Shown here: positions 35,660 through 49,869 of the stretch, in pieces
How positions within the stretch are numbered: the first letter of the stretch is position 1
How the letters are laid out: each line of letters starts with the position of its first letter
Assembly (NCBI RefSeq): GCF_000150275.1
Contig: NW_002060946.1
Span: 2,685,454-2,749,453 of the forward strand
Length of the DNA stretch: 64,000 bases
Reading direction: 5' to 3'
Origin: Trichoplax adhaerens
Lineage: Eukaryota; Animalia; Placozoa
Position numbers and translations under genes: made by a program
The notes under the pieces: model-generated
What the model saw: the letters and a program-made list of their open reading frames with translations, nothing else
The model's database searches: none
What the model was told of the DNA's origin: nothing

Positions 35660-38600
35660 ATGGCAGAAGAATCATTAGCAAAGAGCCTATTAATCGAAGA
35701 AGCCTTTTATACCGCTTTAGCCAATGGCAACGTCAAAGCTAGCCGAGCACGTTGTTTATTCCTTGGCGATAAAAATAGCGGCAAAAGTTCACTCTTTCGT
35801 GTTTTAAGCGGTCAAATGTCCAAGGTAATGCGTAAAATGTCATTAATATCGGATGCAGACGATGCCATGACTTCCGATGGTATTCTTGCTCGAACAAGAT
35901 CAGATTCACTACTACCTCCTGGACTAGATGCACTAATGGATAGTGCAGGTGAAAGTGATGAAGTTTTTAGAGATGATATTCCATTGCGTCCACAACGCCG
36001 ATCTTCTTTTATCCGAAGTAGTAATCAACAAGGTTGGTCACCTAATAATTCAATAAGCAGTGAATCTGGCAGTACAAGCGGTAATCAAGCTAGCGGCTCA
36101 TCATCGAATCCACAGTTGAGTGATTTTGATCGCCATGCTGGCAAATTGATTGCTCACGCCTTAAAACAACTTTATTTTCGAAATACTAATAAATCTAAAT
36201 TAGCGGAATGCTCCACTTGGGATAAACGTATTCCTTACGATAGCGTTGTTAGCTATCTTAAATCAACATCATCAACAGTTACGGAAGATTTGAACTCGAC
36301 TGCACGCTTGCGTTTAGATTTTTGGGATATATCTGGCCATAAATTAACACGTAGTGTTCATCATGTACACTTAGCTAAATTTGGTGTTAATTTAATTGTA
36401 TTCAATGCCGTGAGTATGTTGGCACAAGAAGAGAAACAATTACAAAGTTTACATTACTGGTTAAACTCGATACGTACATATACAACTCCCACAACACCTG
36501 TTCTACTAGTTGGTACTCACGGCGATGAATTATCATCCGATGACATTAAGAATATCAATAGGCAATTAAATAAACATTTTATGCAATCATTTGGTGGACA
36601 GATAGCTCGTAGTAGCTACGATTCAGTAATGTTTTTAGTAGAATCACAGCACGGAATTAAAGATGAAGGGGCTGCTAGATTATTGGAGAAAATGTTCGAT
36701 TGCGCCAGGAGACAAGAATATTCCACTCATGCAATCCCACTAAGTTGGGTTATGTTCCGTGAACAATTAACACGATTGCATAAAGAACACAATATTCGAT
36801 GTGTAACTGTCAGCTCGCTTAGGAAATTAGCAAGACAAGTTTGCAATATCACATCAGAACAAGAGCAAACTCAAGTCTTGGAATATTTACATCACGGACG
36901 AAAAATTATCTATCCAGGTATGTTATAACAATAACTTTTCATAACATTTTAACTGAGTTTTTTAGTAGTGATATTTATTAATAAAGTAGCTCGATTTGCT
37001 AGCATTCCATACTATAACTAGGGTAGAAGCTGTAGTTTGTACTCATACTCCACCAAAAGTACAATACTGTACACTAAATTATATTTTTTGAATAGTTAAC
37101 AGTACATTCTTTAAATACTCTTGTATTACTTGTTTATTCAGTTATCGTTTGTGATATCAAGACCAAAGTGTAATTACTGTAATAGTTCAGATTTTACATT
37201 AACATTTCTTTACAGACTGCAATCAGTTGAAAATTACTTTCGTCTTGTTAGTTTTTGTATCATATAAACATCATTTCTAGGATACTCTATAGCTAACTTT
37301 AGGTATAATTATTATTTTTATGAAAATAATAAATAAATATAATATCCTATCTCAGAACATCAAAAAAAGATACGCGTCTACTCGTATACTATTATATTGA
37401 CTATATTTATTCCATGGCAGGCATAAGATTTATTTGCGTAATTTCGTCCTTGATCATTTTTTTTCCAATAGGGATACTTCACGGTGTTAAAAAAGATCAT
37501 GTGATTCTGAATACTTTTGTCATCATTGATACACAATGTGTCTTGGAAGCAATTACTGCGTTGATCTATCAACCAAGCCATTGTAAAGAAACTAAGCACT
37601 TTCAACACAAATGGGAGAGATTGACTAATTATGCTGTAGTCGACACTGATTTAATGTTACATGCATGGAAAAATTCCAAAGAACCAAGCGAAGTATTAGT
37701 CAGTTTGATGGAAGCACTGCATATTATTTATCGAATTGATGATAACTGTGATTTTTTGACATCGCACCTTAAAGAAAAGAAAACTTTACAAGAATTTGAT
37801 AGTAAACGACCTGGCTTATTTTCTAGCATGAAGCCAGCGCGATTTATTATGCCATATTTACTTAAAAATCAAATGGATGAAAGTTTCTGGGAGGTTTCAT
37901 TAGATGATATTTCGTTCTATTTTGATTTCCATGGTTTCCTACCTCAGCCAATATTTATGTACACCATAATTGATATAATGTCTCAACGTGGTAAGAATGC
38001 TTCGTTAACGACAACGATATGCCAGACTGGAGGAATTTTCTCGTTATTTGATGATATCTATCATTTCAATTTACAACTTTATGCGGAAAAATGCCAATTT
38101 AAAATTACTGCAAGGTAAGTATTAGGCATTATACTTGTATCCTGATTATTGGTTCTCTTTATCTAATCTTTTTTAGCATGTTACGGTAATAATTAGATAA
38201 TGGAATAGTATCTTAAAAGACTTCTTAAATTATTCTTCAAGGTGTAAAGAAGGCTACTCAGCATGGTATTTGATGAATGAGCTCAATGTCATGGTTAAGA
38301 ATATTTGCGACAAGCACTTTCCAGATGTATTTTATCATTGTGGACCTGCGTGCCCAATGGATCGTTGTTTATCTGCTGATCAAGCATTTAATCGCGTTCA
38401 TGTGTTAAAGGTCGATTTCTTGAATCCTAACGCTGCTCTACAATGCGGACAAATTAGGGTCGATGAACATCCTCACGTAAAAGAATGGCTACCAGATGAT
38501 AATATCGAGGTAGGCACTCGATAGTTATTTACGTAATCTTTACTAAATTGTTGCGGTTGCAATACTGCTTGCTAAATTCAATTAAAATTAAATTATGAAG

Positions 38601-39087
38601 ATACTGTATATCGTAGTATCATAATCTATTTGTATTTTATATTTAGCAAGATATTCGTAGATGTACGCCTATATTCAAATATAATTTACATCTAAATTAT
38701 AGGAAAATTCTTGAAAACAATTTTATTAACGGTATATACTATTAATTTTAGGCAACTATTGCCGCGTTAAAAGATCGCAAGAATGAACAGTCTCTGGATA
38801 ATCATATTGATCATTTATCACAAAGTACACACGATGAATTATGCCGTTTGTTAAATCAACATACGCCATCAGTTAAAGACTGGCGATGGCTTGCGCTTGA
38901 ATTAATGGAGATTACAACACAACAGTTGGTACGCTTCAAACTACAAGACAGTCCCAGTAGTAGCCTATTAGCTGAATGGGGTAAAAAATCTCATAGCACT
39001 GTCCAATTGTTAATCAAAAAGCTTCAAGACATCAAGCGAGATGATTGCGTTCAGATTCTATCGCAATGGATCGAGAATCATTTCTAA
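35660..39087 (+). CDS. Roco-family region: Roc GTPase - COR - C-terminal Death domain
   Basis: Exons 35667(or ATG 35660)-36917, 37472-38114, 38242-38509, 38752-39087. G1 LFLGDKNSGKSSL, G3 LDFWDISGH, YWLNSI, G4 VLLVGTHGD. COR start IPLSW...LEYLH..RKIIY...VIIDTQ. Death domain KDWRWLALEL...SPSSSLLAEWGK..STVQLLIKKLQDIKRDDCVQIL. Confidence 0.88.
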
Positions 39088-41509
39088 TATCGATAAAAAA
39101 TTTTAATGTAGATTACGTATCAATCTTTGAAAAAATATATGATTGACGAATAGAGATAGACTCTATTTTTTGTTATGCTTACAATATAGTAGAATCGCAT
39201 TATAATATCAAAAATTATGGTAAACGGCAGCACACTCATCCGAAACTGAATAGCATAACATTTTTAAAAGATGATATGATGCAGAAACAGGTTCCTGACG
39301 CATAATACACTAGTAAAATTTGATAGTAATGTAACATAGCACTGGATTGAGACGGTATAATAAAATATTTTGCCATTTTGATTACGTTCAATTACATTCT
39401 AGTAATTAGAATTATTTTGATTTCTTATCTATTTTTTATTAGTTATTGTATGACATCTTTACCGCTCATATAGTAATGAAAATCTTTTGGATTTACTATT
39501 TGATAGTTTGTTGTATTGTAATAAAGATATAGCCATATACGATATACGACTCGTATATACGAGTAAGTGTATAGGTGGATTAAACATAAGGCATCCACGT
39601 ATAGATATTTTATGACAGCTATGTGCGAAGTTCATATCGTTGATAAAATATTCTCCAAAATACTTCGTGGATCAATTTTTACGAACTTGTGATTTCGGTA
39701 TATCCACGCTCATGCACTTAGTGCATCATTTGTTACAATATTTTTTCGTTCATTGTGGTTTTACTGTTTTAATTGTAACTGTACTTGTTTTACTGCTTCT
39801 TAATGGTGACTATGTAAATTTTGTTGCAAGCTCGATAACATGGTACATAACTATTAATGGAAGGATCGATGATGGCTTCCGTATTTGTAATGGATAATTA
39901 TATGTGTTGCTAATTTCTTAGGATAGTTATCCTGGATGTAATGCGGTATTAATTACTTGATTACAGTATCACTGCAGTGACGTAATTATGGTAATTAATT
40001 TAAACTATCTGCATTTTAAATTATAGTTTTTCGCATCAATGTTGAATATATTCATTAGTCTCTTAAGACTGTCACATCCGAAGCTACTTGATTATTTTTC
40101 GCTGCTACTTCATTAGCATTATGCCAGTTTCTTAGAGCTGATCATAATGTAGTAGGCTAATAAAGTAGGATTTGTGCTATATTAATAAGATCAAATTTTT
40201 AATTACCATGCCGCAAATAAGTAGATAAGGTTGGATTCTTGCAATTGCTTCCCTAACTACAATGACTACAGTAGTTACAAGTAAATCATTAAGTTTGAAA
40301 TCATATAAAAATGATTTTTTATTCTACTATCCTATCAAAATCTCTGGCTAATTAGCCTATGTAAAATAAAAGAATTATCATTTTATAAATCAATTGATCA
40401 ATAATTAGTGTTACAGTAATTGACCATAGCTGTTAGTTTTATTAGATTTGATAAAACGTTTCGGCAAGTTAGGTATCAGTAAAAATTTTAATTTAAACTG
40501 CGATACTTTAGTTACGAATACAAGTACGATCTCCTAATGTTGAATATGATTACGAATTTAAGGCAGTTAGCTAAAATGAAAAGGTAATCTGTGGAAAGAA
40601 TCATACTATTTTATTCATCATTGAATCCGATTATAGTTTGTGTACTGTAAGTTCGGTATTTTATTGTAATTTTACAAGATGTTGATCGTCAATTACTGGT
40701 CAACATTGTAGTTGTTATACTTTTATTTTTGAAATACAGACTGAATAATAATATAATAATTACAATATCTTGAGGTAAAATATGAAACATGTTTAGTCCA
40801 ATTCTTTCCATTACCATTAGTATGCAATGATAATTTTGAACTCATAAAAATTCTTTTATAATATAAAAATATGATTTATCAAATGTTACGGCATTGTCTA
40901 GGATATACTCATGATTAATAAAATATGATATTTAATTATAGGATATTCGATTCATGCAAATTTCTCCATCATTAAATATTAAGTTTTCATTAACACAAAA
41001 AAGGAAATACTTTCCAACTAGTTTCATCGTATGCCATCATATACTAAAATCTTCCTACATTGAGTTAAGTCATATTTTGCAGTGAAAATCAGTTTACTGA
41101 CGTAGGAAAAACCAGTTAATAATGTTTATAAATACATCCGCTTGACATTCCGCTTCGGTCGAAGGATGTGGGACTCCAAGATATAATAGCATCCTGTATA
41201 TAATTTTACATGATGTTTATATTGCTAGCTGTACATTGAAGCCTGCCAAAAGGAGACTAGCATCTATAGCTTTATTGTGCTACAGAAACAGTTAGGTAGC
41301 CCACTTTATTACGTACTAGATAACTATGGAAAGAATAGCACATCATAGTCCAATTGGCGCTGATAAATAAATAATATATTAGATATGTATTTTGATGGCC
41401 ATCCCATTCATACAGGTATAATACAACTGTATCTACTACTTCAGTTTCATGGAATAAATTTTTAATATTAAGACTTTGGCAGTTCTAAAGGCAATGACGA
41501 TCTTCCATA

Positions 41510-41700
41510 TTAACAGTCACACACATTAAAGTAATTTTTTTGTTGGTATATCCTTTCTGCTTCGATTCTATAGCTACCACATACAAACCCTCTTTCCTTC
41601 ACTATTTCATTTTAACAGTTACACACATTAAAGTAATTTTTTGTTGATATCTCTTTTCTGCTTTGATTCTACAGCCGTCATATACAAAACCTTATTTTCT
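41510..41700. repeat. ~100-bp two-copy tandem duplication
   Basis: TTAACAGT.ACACACATTAAAGTAATTTTTTGTTG...TTTCTGCTT.GATTCTA at ~41510 and ~41612. Confidence 0.8.
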
Positions 41701-43325
41701 TTTATGGCATACAGTAAAGGATAATGGATATACTATAAGACCACTTTGCTGCTTTGTTTATGCTTAGAAATAAGAACCCGCTCTTGTTAAAATCTCGAAG
41801 CCACCTGTAGACTGTGGCGAACCCGTTTTATAACTCCTTAGGTTCACTATACACTAACTTGAAATTTGAGTTATTCAATTTGAGCAAATCTCTAACGTGA
41901 CACAATTAGGTAAATACGGTAATTAACCTTAAAATTATTGTTAATTAATAGCACGTTTGATAGAGAAGAATTATTTTTCTTTTCCCGCATAATAACATTT
42001 GAAATTGGCTAAGATAAACTGGATAATCACTTAGCCTCTACGACAACAATTTCCATAACTTATTAATCACTACATAATTTTATATAGCTGTCAGCGACTA
42101 CCTTGTAGGAACATAGTATAAATAGTACTAGTAACCCGTTCATCGTACCAACCATCAATCAATTATTGTATTAACCATAGCAGACTATTTCACTTCTAGT
42201 TCTACCATTCGGCACTTCTTGCTACTACTGAAAGTAGATGAAAAAATCTCTACACGGCATTCATGTTCACAGTAGAATGTGACATTAGTGGATCGATTTA
42301 CATATTCATTCATATAGTACTCGAAAACATACTTGTGATATTTTCTTGTGCCATTTCCTGTGGATTTCTCATTGTAATATCTCACATACATTACATCATG
42401 GTTTATAGCTTACAACATCCCTACATATTTTATAACACGGAAAATTACGGCCGCAGAACGATGGCTGAATGTATTAAACCAGTAACTTCTTGATGTTATA
42501 CTTTATTGAACACTTAAGCTCCTGAAAAATATAAAATGGTTCTAAAGAATACTGTTTTGTCTACAACTGTGATTTATGCTCAATATTTAATTGAGGTGTT
42601 ATATTAGGAGTTAGTAAAGTTATGCTAGTTGTTGCTCGTTCTTATACTTTGTTTACTACTGCATCATATCTTGACGTAACCTCTCTCCGTTACGCCTTAT
42701 AACTCGCAAAATTGCAGTAGTGAAGGGATGATTAAATATACTAGTCAACATGGCCGCAGTGTTGTACTTCATTAATTACATACTAAAGTTGCTGACGCAT
42801 CACGAAAGCAGCACTGGTTAACATTGCTATTTTTTGCTATTTTTTAAGGGCCGACTGCATAATATTACTTCGGACCCGATTAGATGTCAAATATGAGACT
42901 TGTTACTTCTGCTTTTTAGTAGATGTAGAACATGAGTATAAAGATAATTTATTCGGAGATGTTGTCCGTTATATGAGCCTTTAATTAAGCAAGCATACTA
43001 TTATCTAGAATCCAGCTACGATCAGTAAAAAGTAGCACTAATATCCATATTTCTAGGTATAAAATAAAACAATTTATATCGCATGATACCGATTGAACAG
43101 TAACTTCTACAAATAGTTAAAAACATTTATTTTGATAACGAAATTTACTCCGTATAGTTATCCTAATAACTATTGTAAATTTCTCTCTAGATATAACATT
43201 TTACCGTAGTACAAAACTGTAATGTCTTTCAACTAGTTACAATCATAAATTATGTTATAATTATCACTTATCAGAAATTTCTACATAACATTAAACTATA
43301 TTATACTGTATGTACTGAAATTTCT

Positions 43326-46300
43326 TTATTGACGCCGGGAAAACCAATTGACAACGTTCATGAATACGTCAGCTTCGCATTCTACTTCACTCAAAGAGTG
43401 ATTATTTCCAGGATAAGACAACAACCTGTATGCAATTTCGTGCAATTAGTATAGTATATTTTCTAAGAAGTACATAAACACTAACGTTTCTGGTCAAAAA
43501 TGTACGTAAATAAAGTAGCGACTAAGATCACGAGTAAGAATTTGTCCATAGACTTTAAGAAGCCCACTTGGATAAGTAGATCAAAATTCAAAGTTAGGTA
43601 ATATATACACTATATGACATTTACACTCAGCTCATAAATTCATAATTTTAATGTCTAACCTGGTCTCAATACCGCGAGCTTTCAAAGCACGAAAGAACTC
43701 TCGGCCTTGATATGGAGGTACTCTTTCGTCGTCTTCTCCCAATAAGATGAGTGTTGGCGTTCGAACCTATCCGGCATAAGTTAATATTTCATAATATACA
43801 TCTTTTGTTCGTATTTTCAATTTACTTAACAATAAGTAGAGTTATTGTAAGGAGTACTGCAAACACTGTAAAAGTTACTACTTCGTACTTGCGATATATA
43901 ATTCATTGGTGATTGATTTATCATCTTAGAGTAAACATCGGACGAAGAGAGATTACGAAAGTCCCATTTAAATCCGGCTTCAACGTAGCACCTACGCAAC
44001 ATACATTCTCATTCATTTACTACCTAATTTCATGCAATCTAGTATTCCTGATACGTGCAAAAGACGATTTATATGATTTGATAGAGATATACATGCAATC
44101 AGTCCTTACCAATCGGGAATATCGGTAACGTTTAACATACCTGAAGGCAATTTATAGAAGAATATAAATAATAAAATCTAAGTTAAGCCGTGAGAGATTT
44201 GCCTATTCATATCTCAGTGTTATAACTCACTTGCAATATCAGTCACAGGATTTCGCACTGCACAAGCTTTGAAGAGATCCTTTAGTAATTATGAGTAGAT
44301 TAAAACTTGAATTATTTTCAGGTTGGAAATATTAAGTTAATGAAATTATGAAATCGGTTGAGTAAGCCGTCATAAAAGTTAATTGCAAACTATACACAAA
44401 TCGTTTGAGAGTTCCGATAATGCCTTACTCACAGGAAACTGTCCAACCATATGAGTTCCTAAGAATCCACCATGTGATCCACCAAAAATGAAGACCTTTT
44501 CATTATTAATATTTCCGTTCTTTAAAATATAGTCCACTGCTGACTGTGGAATAACATTATATGTACATTACATATCACAAAGGTAAATAACTACGTAGAG
44601 AATACGGATTATTTTTATCCATTTTTATTCTTGGGCATTGAAATTCGTCTTACTTTTACGTCAGCAACGTCAACGATACCGACATTTCCTATAAGAGAAT
44701 CAATACCCTGTTGGCCATATCCCATAGAACCTCGATAGTTTACTACATACGAAAAACGTTAATTAAGATATTAGTGATTCGTTCTTAACAACAGTAATTT
44801 TATTGCTACTTGATTTCAGAGTTACCTTGCAAAACGGCATATCCTAACAGACAGAAGCAATAATAATAAATTTGATAATAACTATAAAATGCTGAGTGAG
44901 GTCCTCCTACGAATGCAACAGACTTAAATGTTTATTTTTATTCTAGAGGTTCGATTTAAATAACTTTGAAGGTAGATTTTGCTATTATACCATGTGGCAC
45001 AACGATAAGAGGTGGCGATGTTACCGCTGTAGGCTTAATAAATATAGCATCAAATTCTAGTAATCGTGAAAGAACTAAATTAGTGTTGATTTGATGGGTT
45101 TTGGGAACGTTTATTGATTTTTACCATCAATCAAGGTGTCATCAGAAACCTTCAAAGTAATTACTTCCCATGATATTCTATCATCAGCTATAACGTTCTC
45201 TGATTAAATGATTACGTAAAAATGGTTAGAAAAAGTCTTTCCAATTTGATATTAGAAAACAGCTTAAGAATACAAATTAATTTCAATTTCTTCGCAAAGT
45301 GTAATGTGCAAGCAACATTTAGAGAGACAGTGCAGATAGAATTACCGAATTCAATCCAATCCATACTTGTTAAGGCATGATCACTTGCAGATGGTATTGC
45401 GGCTATCATCTAAAAACGTGAATTACAACATGAATAGCCTACTATTTCTATAACAGTAGTTACAGAACTTATTTCTAATGTAGTACAATAAGACAAACCA
45501 ATCGATCCGAAATTGCCGGTGATGCATAAGATGCGAGCAGAATGTTTCTATGTACGTCGATGACACTCCAACACCCTCTTTCATTATCTTACAATTATTT
45601 AAAGATTTAGTTAGATATTATTGATTACGTAATTGTTAGCTCCAATGTAAAGTTAATGAGTACCTTTGGTTATACAGTTAATCTTTTTATTAATAGTATC
45701 GACTTCGAAGATATCCTTAGTTTCAAATATAAAAATTATGTATGATAATCAGTTGTTAGGTTTTAATATAATTACATAGTCTGAATCAACATTGAAATGG
45801 TAAAGATTACTTGATAAACTCTTCGGATAGTATGAAAGTACAGTTTATTTCCGTCTTTGTTCCAACATCGTTTCGGTAACTCCATGCTATATATGCCACA
45901 GAAGTCATTATCTTTTAATGTAAAATGTAAACATAAGTGATAACACCAATTACATTATTACAAAAAGTTTGACAAAATTTGAATATCACACAACTCTTAG
46001 GTTTAGAAACTTCTTCAACCAATGTTGAGCGTTCTCTTGTGTTCCAGTCAATCTAGTTATATGAAAGAGTCAAAATATCCTGCTTATTCTAAACATGAGT
46101 AAGGCTTTTAATAAGAAATTATCCATTACTTGCATAAGTGCTGCGCAATTGTGATGTGGCCCACCAGATGGATAACGTATATAAACCTGTATATCACATG
46201 AAGGGTAATTAGATGTTTATTGTACGCTGGACTTTACCATTAAAATATCATATACTAACAAGCTTAGTTCCCTGAGGATTGAATCGAGGAGAATATATAG

Positions 46301-48441
46301 TATAATTTTCTTCAGTGAGTTGCTCTAGAATTACATTATTATGAATACAAAATTTTATTGTAGACAAACTATATATTCGTAGTTTGATAAGCATGAAGCA
46401 TTTAGTAACAGGCAAAACTTAAAAAAATTATAAAGCATTTACCAAACTTTGAATCATCTACAGGGATGTAGTATAAGGCATTTCTAATCCAAACAATAAT
46501 GGTATAGTTATAGTTGAAAGGTTAATATTGTAGTAATCGTAAACGTAAGCACTAGCATACAACCAACCTTCGGCTTGAGCAATAAATGATTCCTAATCGC
46601 CATGGCTCATTATTCCATCCAGCACATACAATGCCAGAACTATCACGACACCAAATTGCCTGAAATCCGAAACAGTATTTACAATTATCAACATTGATAA
46701 AGCATTTACTGAGTACAGTATAGGCTGTATAGTATTTTTAAATTCATATACTTGGCCGGGAGAGATATTTGAAGGAACATCAAGGATTCGAACTGCTCCA
46801 GTATCGATATCTAAAACTACTAAAACTGGTTGATGCACCGGTTCTCTTTCTCCCCAACTTTCTTGAGCCACAAACTTATCTAACTGTAGTTGTTAAGTGA
46901 AAACAAATTTACATAATTAGAAATTATTTAATGTTGGAATATAAATGAGGCAGCTTGCTATAACTATCGCGAAGAATTACTTTATTCGATGCATTTTCGG
47001 TATCATCGCCTACAATTATAAATGTTAAATAAAAAAAATTAGCGAGAATATAGTTTAAAATGGCTACCGTAGTGTTTTAATTTGCCATTACGTTTCTTGT
47101 CGTTGTCATCATTTATATTCGAATCGAAATAAGTCTTAAGAGATTTTTTCTCTTTCTCGGCCACATATAAAATAAATTTTTCGTTTGGGGACCATCTCAG
47201 ACTAGAAAATGTTGCTAAAGCAACAACTTAACATGGTTACAATCTCAATATATAATTATTTAATATCATTTTTAGATTACTATCCATAATGATTGGTTTA
47301 CTTTTAAGAACATGATGAGTAATAAATACAGCGTAAATTAATACATTTAATAATTGCAAATATAGATAGGTTTTTAAAGACTAACATTGGCTAGCTAAGA
47401 AAAGGGAGATGATAGTCTTTTCCAGATTTACGTACCGTCTACAATAACTTTTCCGTGTTTCTTTATAGCTGTCAGATCATAGCTTCGGAGTAGGCCATTT
47501 GCAGTCCAAACCTGTATGATATGCAAGTAATCATGGGATAAGTGTTTAATATGAGTGAAAGCAAGGTTCATTGCAAGCGGATCTAAAGTAATGGAAGTGC
47601 AGCAGATATTTTAGTTTACTATTAGGCATCGTTCAGTATAACTTACCGATAATATTTGCTTATCTTGATCTGATTTGTTCAATCTTTCTGTCTTTAGTAC
47701 AGCTTTTAGTTTACCAGTGTCAGAATAACTGACTTGTTTATAGCTACGTCGATTTATATTATATATGATATAGGTATTATTAGCAAAACTGTAGAGCATC
47801 CGATATTGATTTTATGTCAATCTTATACAGAATTATTACTGGAAACACCTGTAGCGGTGTATTGGACTATCTCGAAGCGATTGCATTTTAAGGGATAATT
47901 CAATTATGATACAGAATTGTGATGATGATGAGTACAAAGTACCTGTTCTCATCTGGCAAAGCCTGGATCCTGTCCACTTTCTCAATATGACCATCATGAC
48001 TTAAACGTATATGATGATGAAGAGTAAATTGGGTCATGGACAAGGTGTCCAGATTTCGTTGCGACCAGTTGGATGCGACTTGAAGGCCATTATTAGAAGG
48101 ATCAGCTAAAATTCTACCAGCCGTAACAGATGGTCGCTTACTGCACTGGCGATAAATTTGCTCCACTTGATTTAAAAGTTGTTGCTGCTAAGATATAAAT
48201 GGGTGGATCAAGTTCAAAAATTGGAATTCCGACTAACACTATGGGTTAATATTCATGGTCAAGATTATTCAATCATTCTTCGAGGGATGAATCCTATTAC
48301 TGTAGTTTATTCATCATCATGACGGTAATAAGATTAGAATTACTGTAGATATATTCTACTATCACTTAGTCATTTACCATTTTAGTCTTCAAAGCTGACT
48401 ATTACTATACGTTATATGTAGAATGGCTGACTTACTTCCAT
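43326..48441 (-). CDS. APEH: Acylamino-acid-releasing enzyme (acylpeptide hydrolase, S9C), many short exons
   Basis: First exon ATG GAA|gt at 48441-48436. Motifs: QESWGE, VVPHGGPH, NYRGSMGYGQ, catalytic Ser motif FGGSHGGFL, ACAVRNPV, TDIPDW, VRTPTLILLGEDDERVP (Asp), YPGNNHSL (His). Stop at 43326-43328. Confidence 0.95.
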
Positions 48442-49869
48442 TTTGAAAGCTGAAAACAACGACTCCGATTGTGGCCAGGTATAGTAAGGTAGAGAGGCTA
48501 GGAGGTTGCAGGCTGCTGTAATAATACCGTACCGTACTAGCGGTTATAAAACTTTTCTCTGGGTATTTGTATGGAAGGTTATAGTCTAAAGAGCATTGGA
48601 ATACAAAGATTGTATATAGAGTTGTACACTAAGCTATCGAATCATACTGCAACTGTTGTGCTATACAATATGATTATCACCGAATAACAATAATAGTAAT
48701 TCTGATTACTAGTCCGTTGATGTGAACGGAGGGAAGGAAGTATAATCATCAAAAAAATAAAATGTTGTGTTTAACAGCAATTATTCTTGCATTTTTTACG
48801 TTATCATTTGCATGTATTATTCTGTACAGTGTACAGTATAGAGTACTGTTTTATGATTTAAATCATGCGCAAAACTAAAGCTAGCATGAAAATAAATTAC
48901 TTGAATTCAAATTGACATTAATAATTGATAGAATTTCAAGCCTTATGTTGATAATTTACAATACAACCATCTCAATTCAACTATGTAGACATTCTATACA
49001 AAGGATAATGCTGTCTTAATCATGAAGTACATTTATTTACCAAATTTCTGCATATACTACAGTATATTATCAGTAAATTGCATATTACCTTCGGATAAAC
49101 GTGCGCTTTGGGTTGGAATTTTAATATTATAATATGGATATTAATGATAATTATGAAAGGAATGTTACTTCTAGAGTTAGGTAGGCACAGAAATAACCTA
49201 TTGATGTTCAATTTTAGAATTTTAACAACTTTGCAAATGATTTATTGATAAGGTTGGAGCTAGTGTCGAAGGCATACAGTATCACTATGGAACAAGCAGT
49301 ACTGGCCTTTAATAGTGTACTTCCTCCACTGTCGTGTAGCTGTATCTCTGCAGATCTTGCCTGAAGCCGCTCTATTGATGAATTCGTTATGTACTCATCA
49401 ACATATTTTGTGAGTACATAACGAACTGCTAGAGCAGCTTCTAAGACACATTTTACGAGTGCACAGAGAATTCATGAATAAATCGGCTACAGCAAAGGAT
49501 ACAAGGAAAGACATGTCTTCAAAATAGCGGAGTCAACAGTATAGTTCCTGTACTACGTATTACCTGAAGATGACTTCTACATACTGATACTTGTGCTACA
49601 GTACACTGTCTAGCACTATAGGCTACAGCACGATTTGGGCTCATACTGTACAGTACAAGGTGGTTATAAAGTCATTTGCTATTAGAAATCCGATTATAAA
49701 TCGACTTTATGAGTGTGCAAATGATGAAGCATGGTCAAGTAGCCCTTCTTAAATGTTCGATTTTGTGCCTCTTGCTTATGAAATACAGTAACTTAGATTG
49801 TCATGTCTCTCCAAGGGTCTGAAAAAAATAATGTACAGTACAGTATATCTTTCACAGCTTGGTTAATAC

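Noticed and set aside
37019-37290. TAGGGTAG... possible hAT end inside the Roco intron
   Set aside because: No matching terminal repeat with a consistent 8-bp TSD was found.
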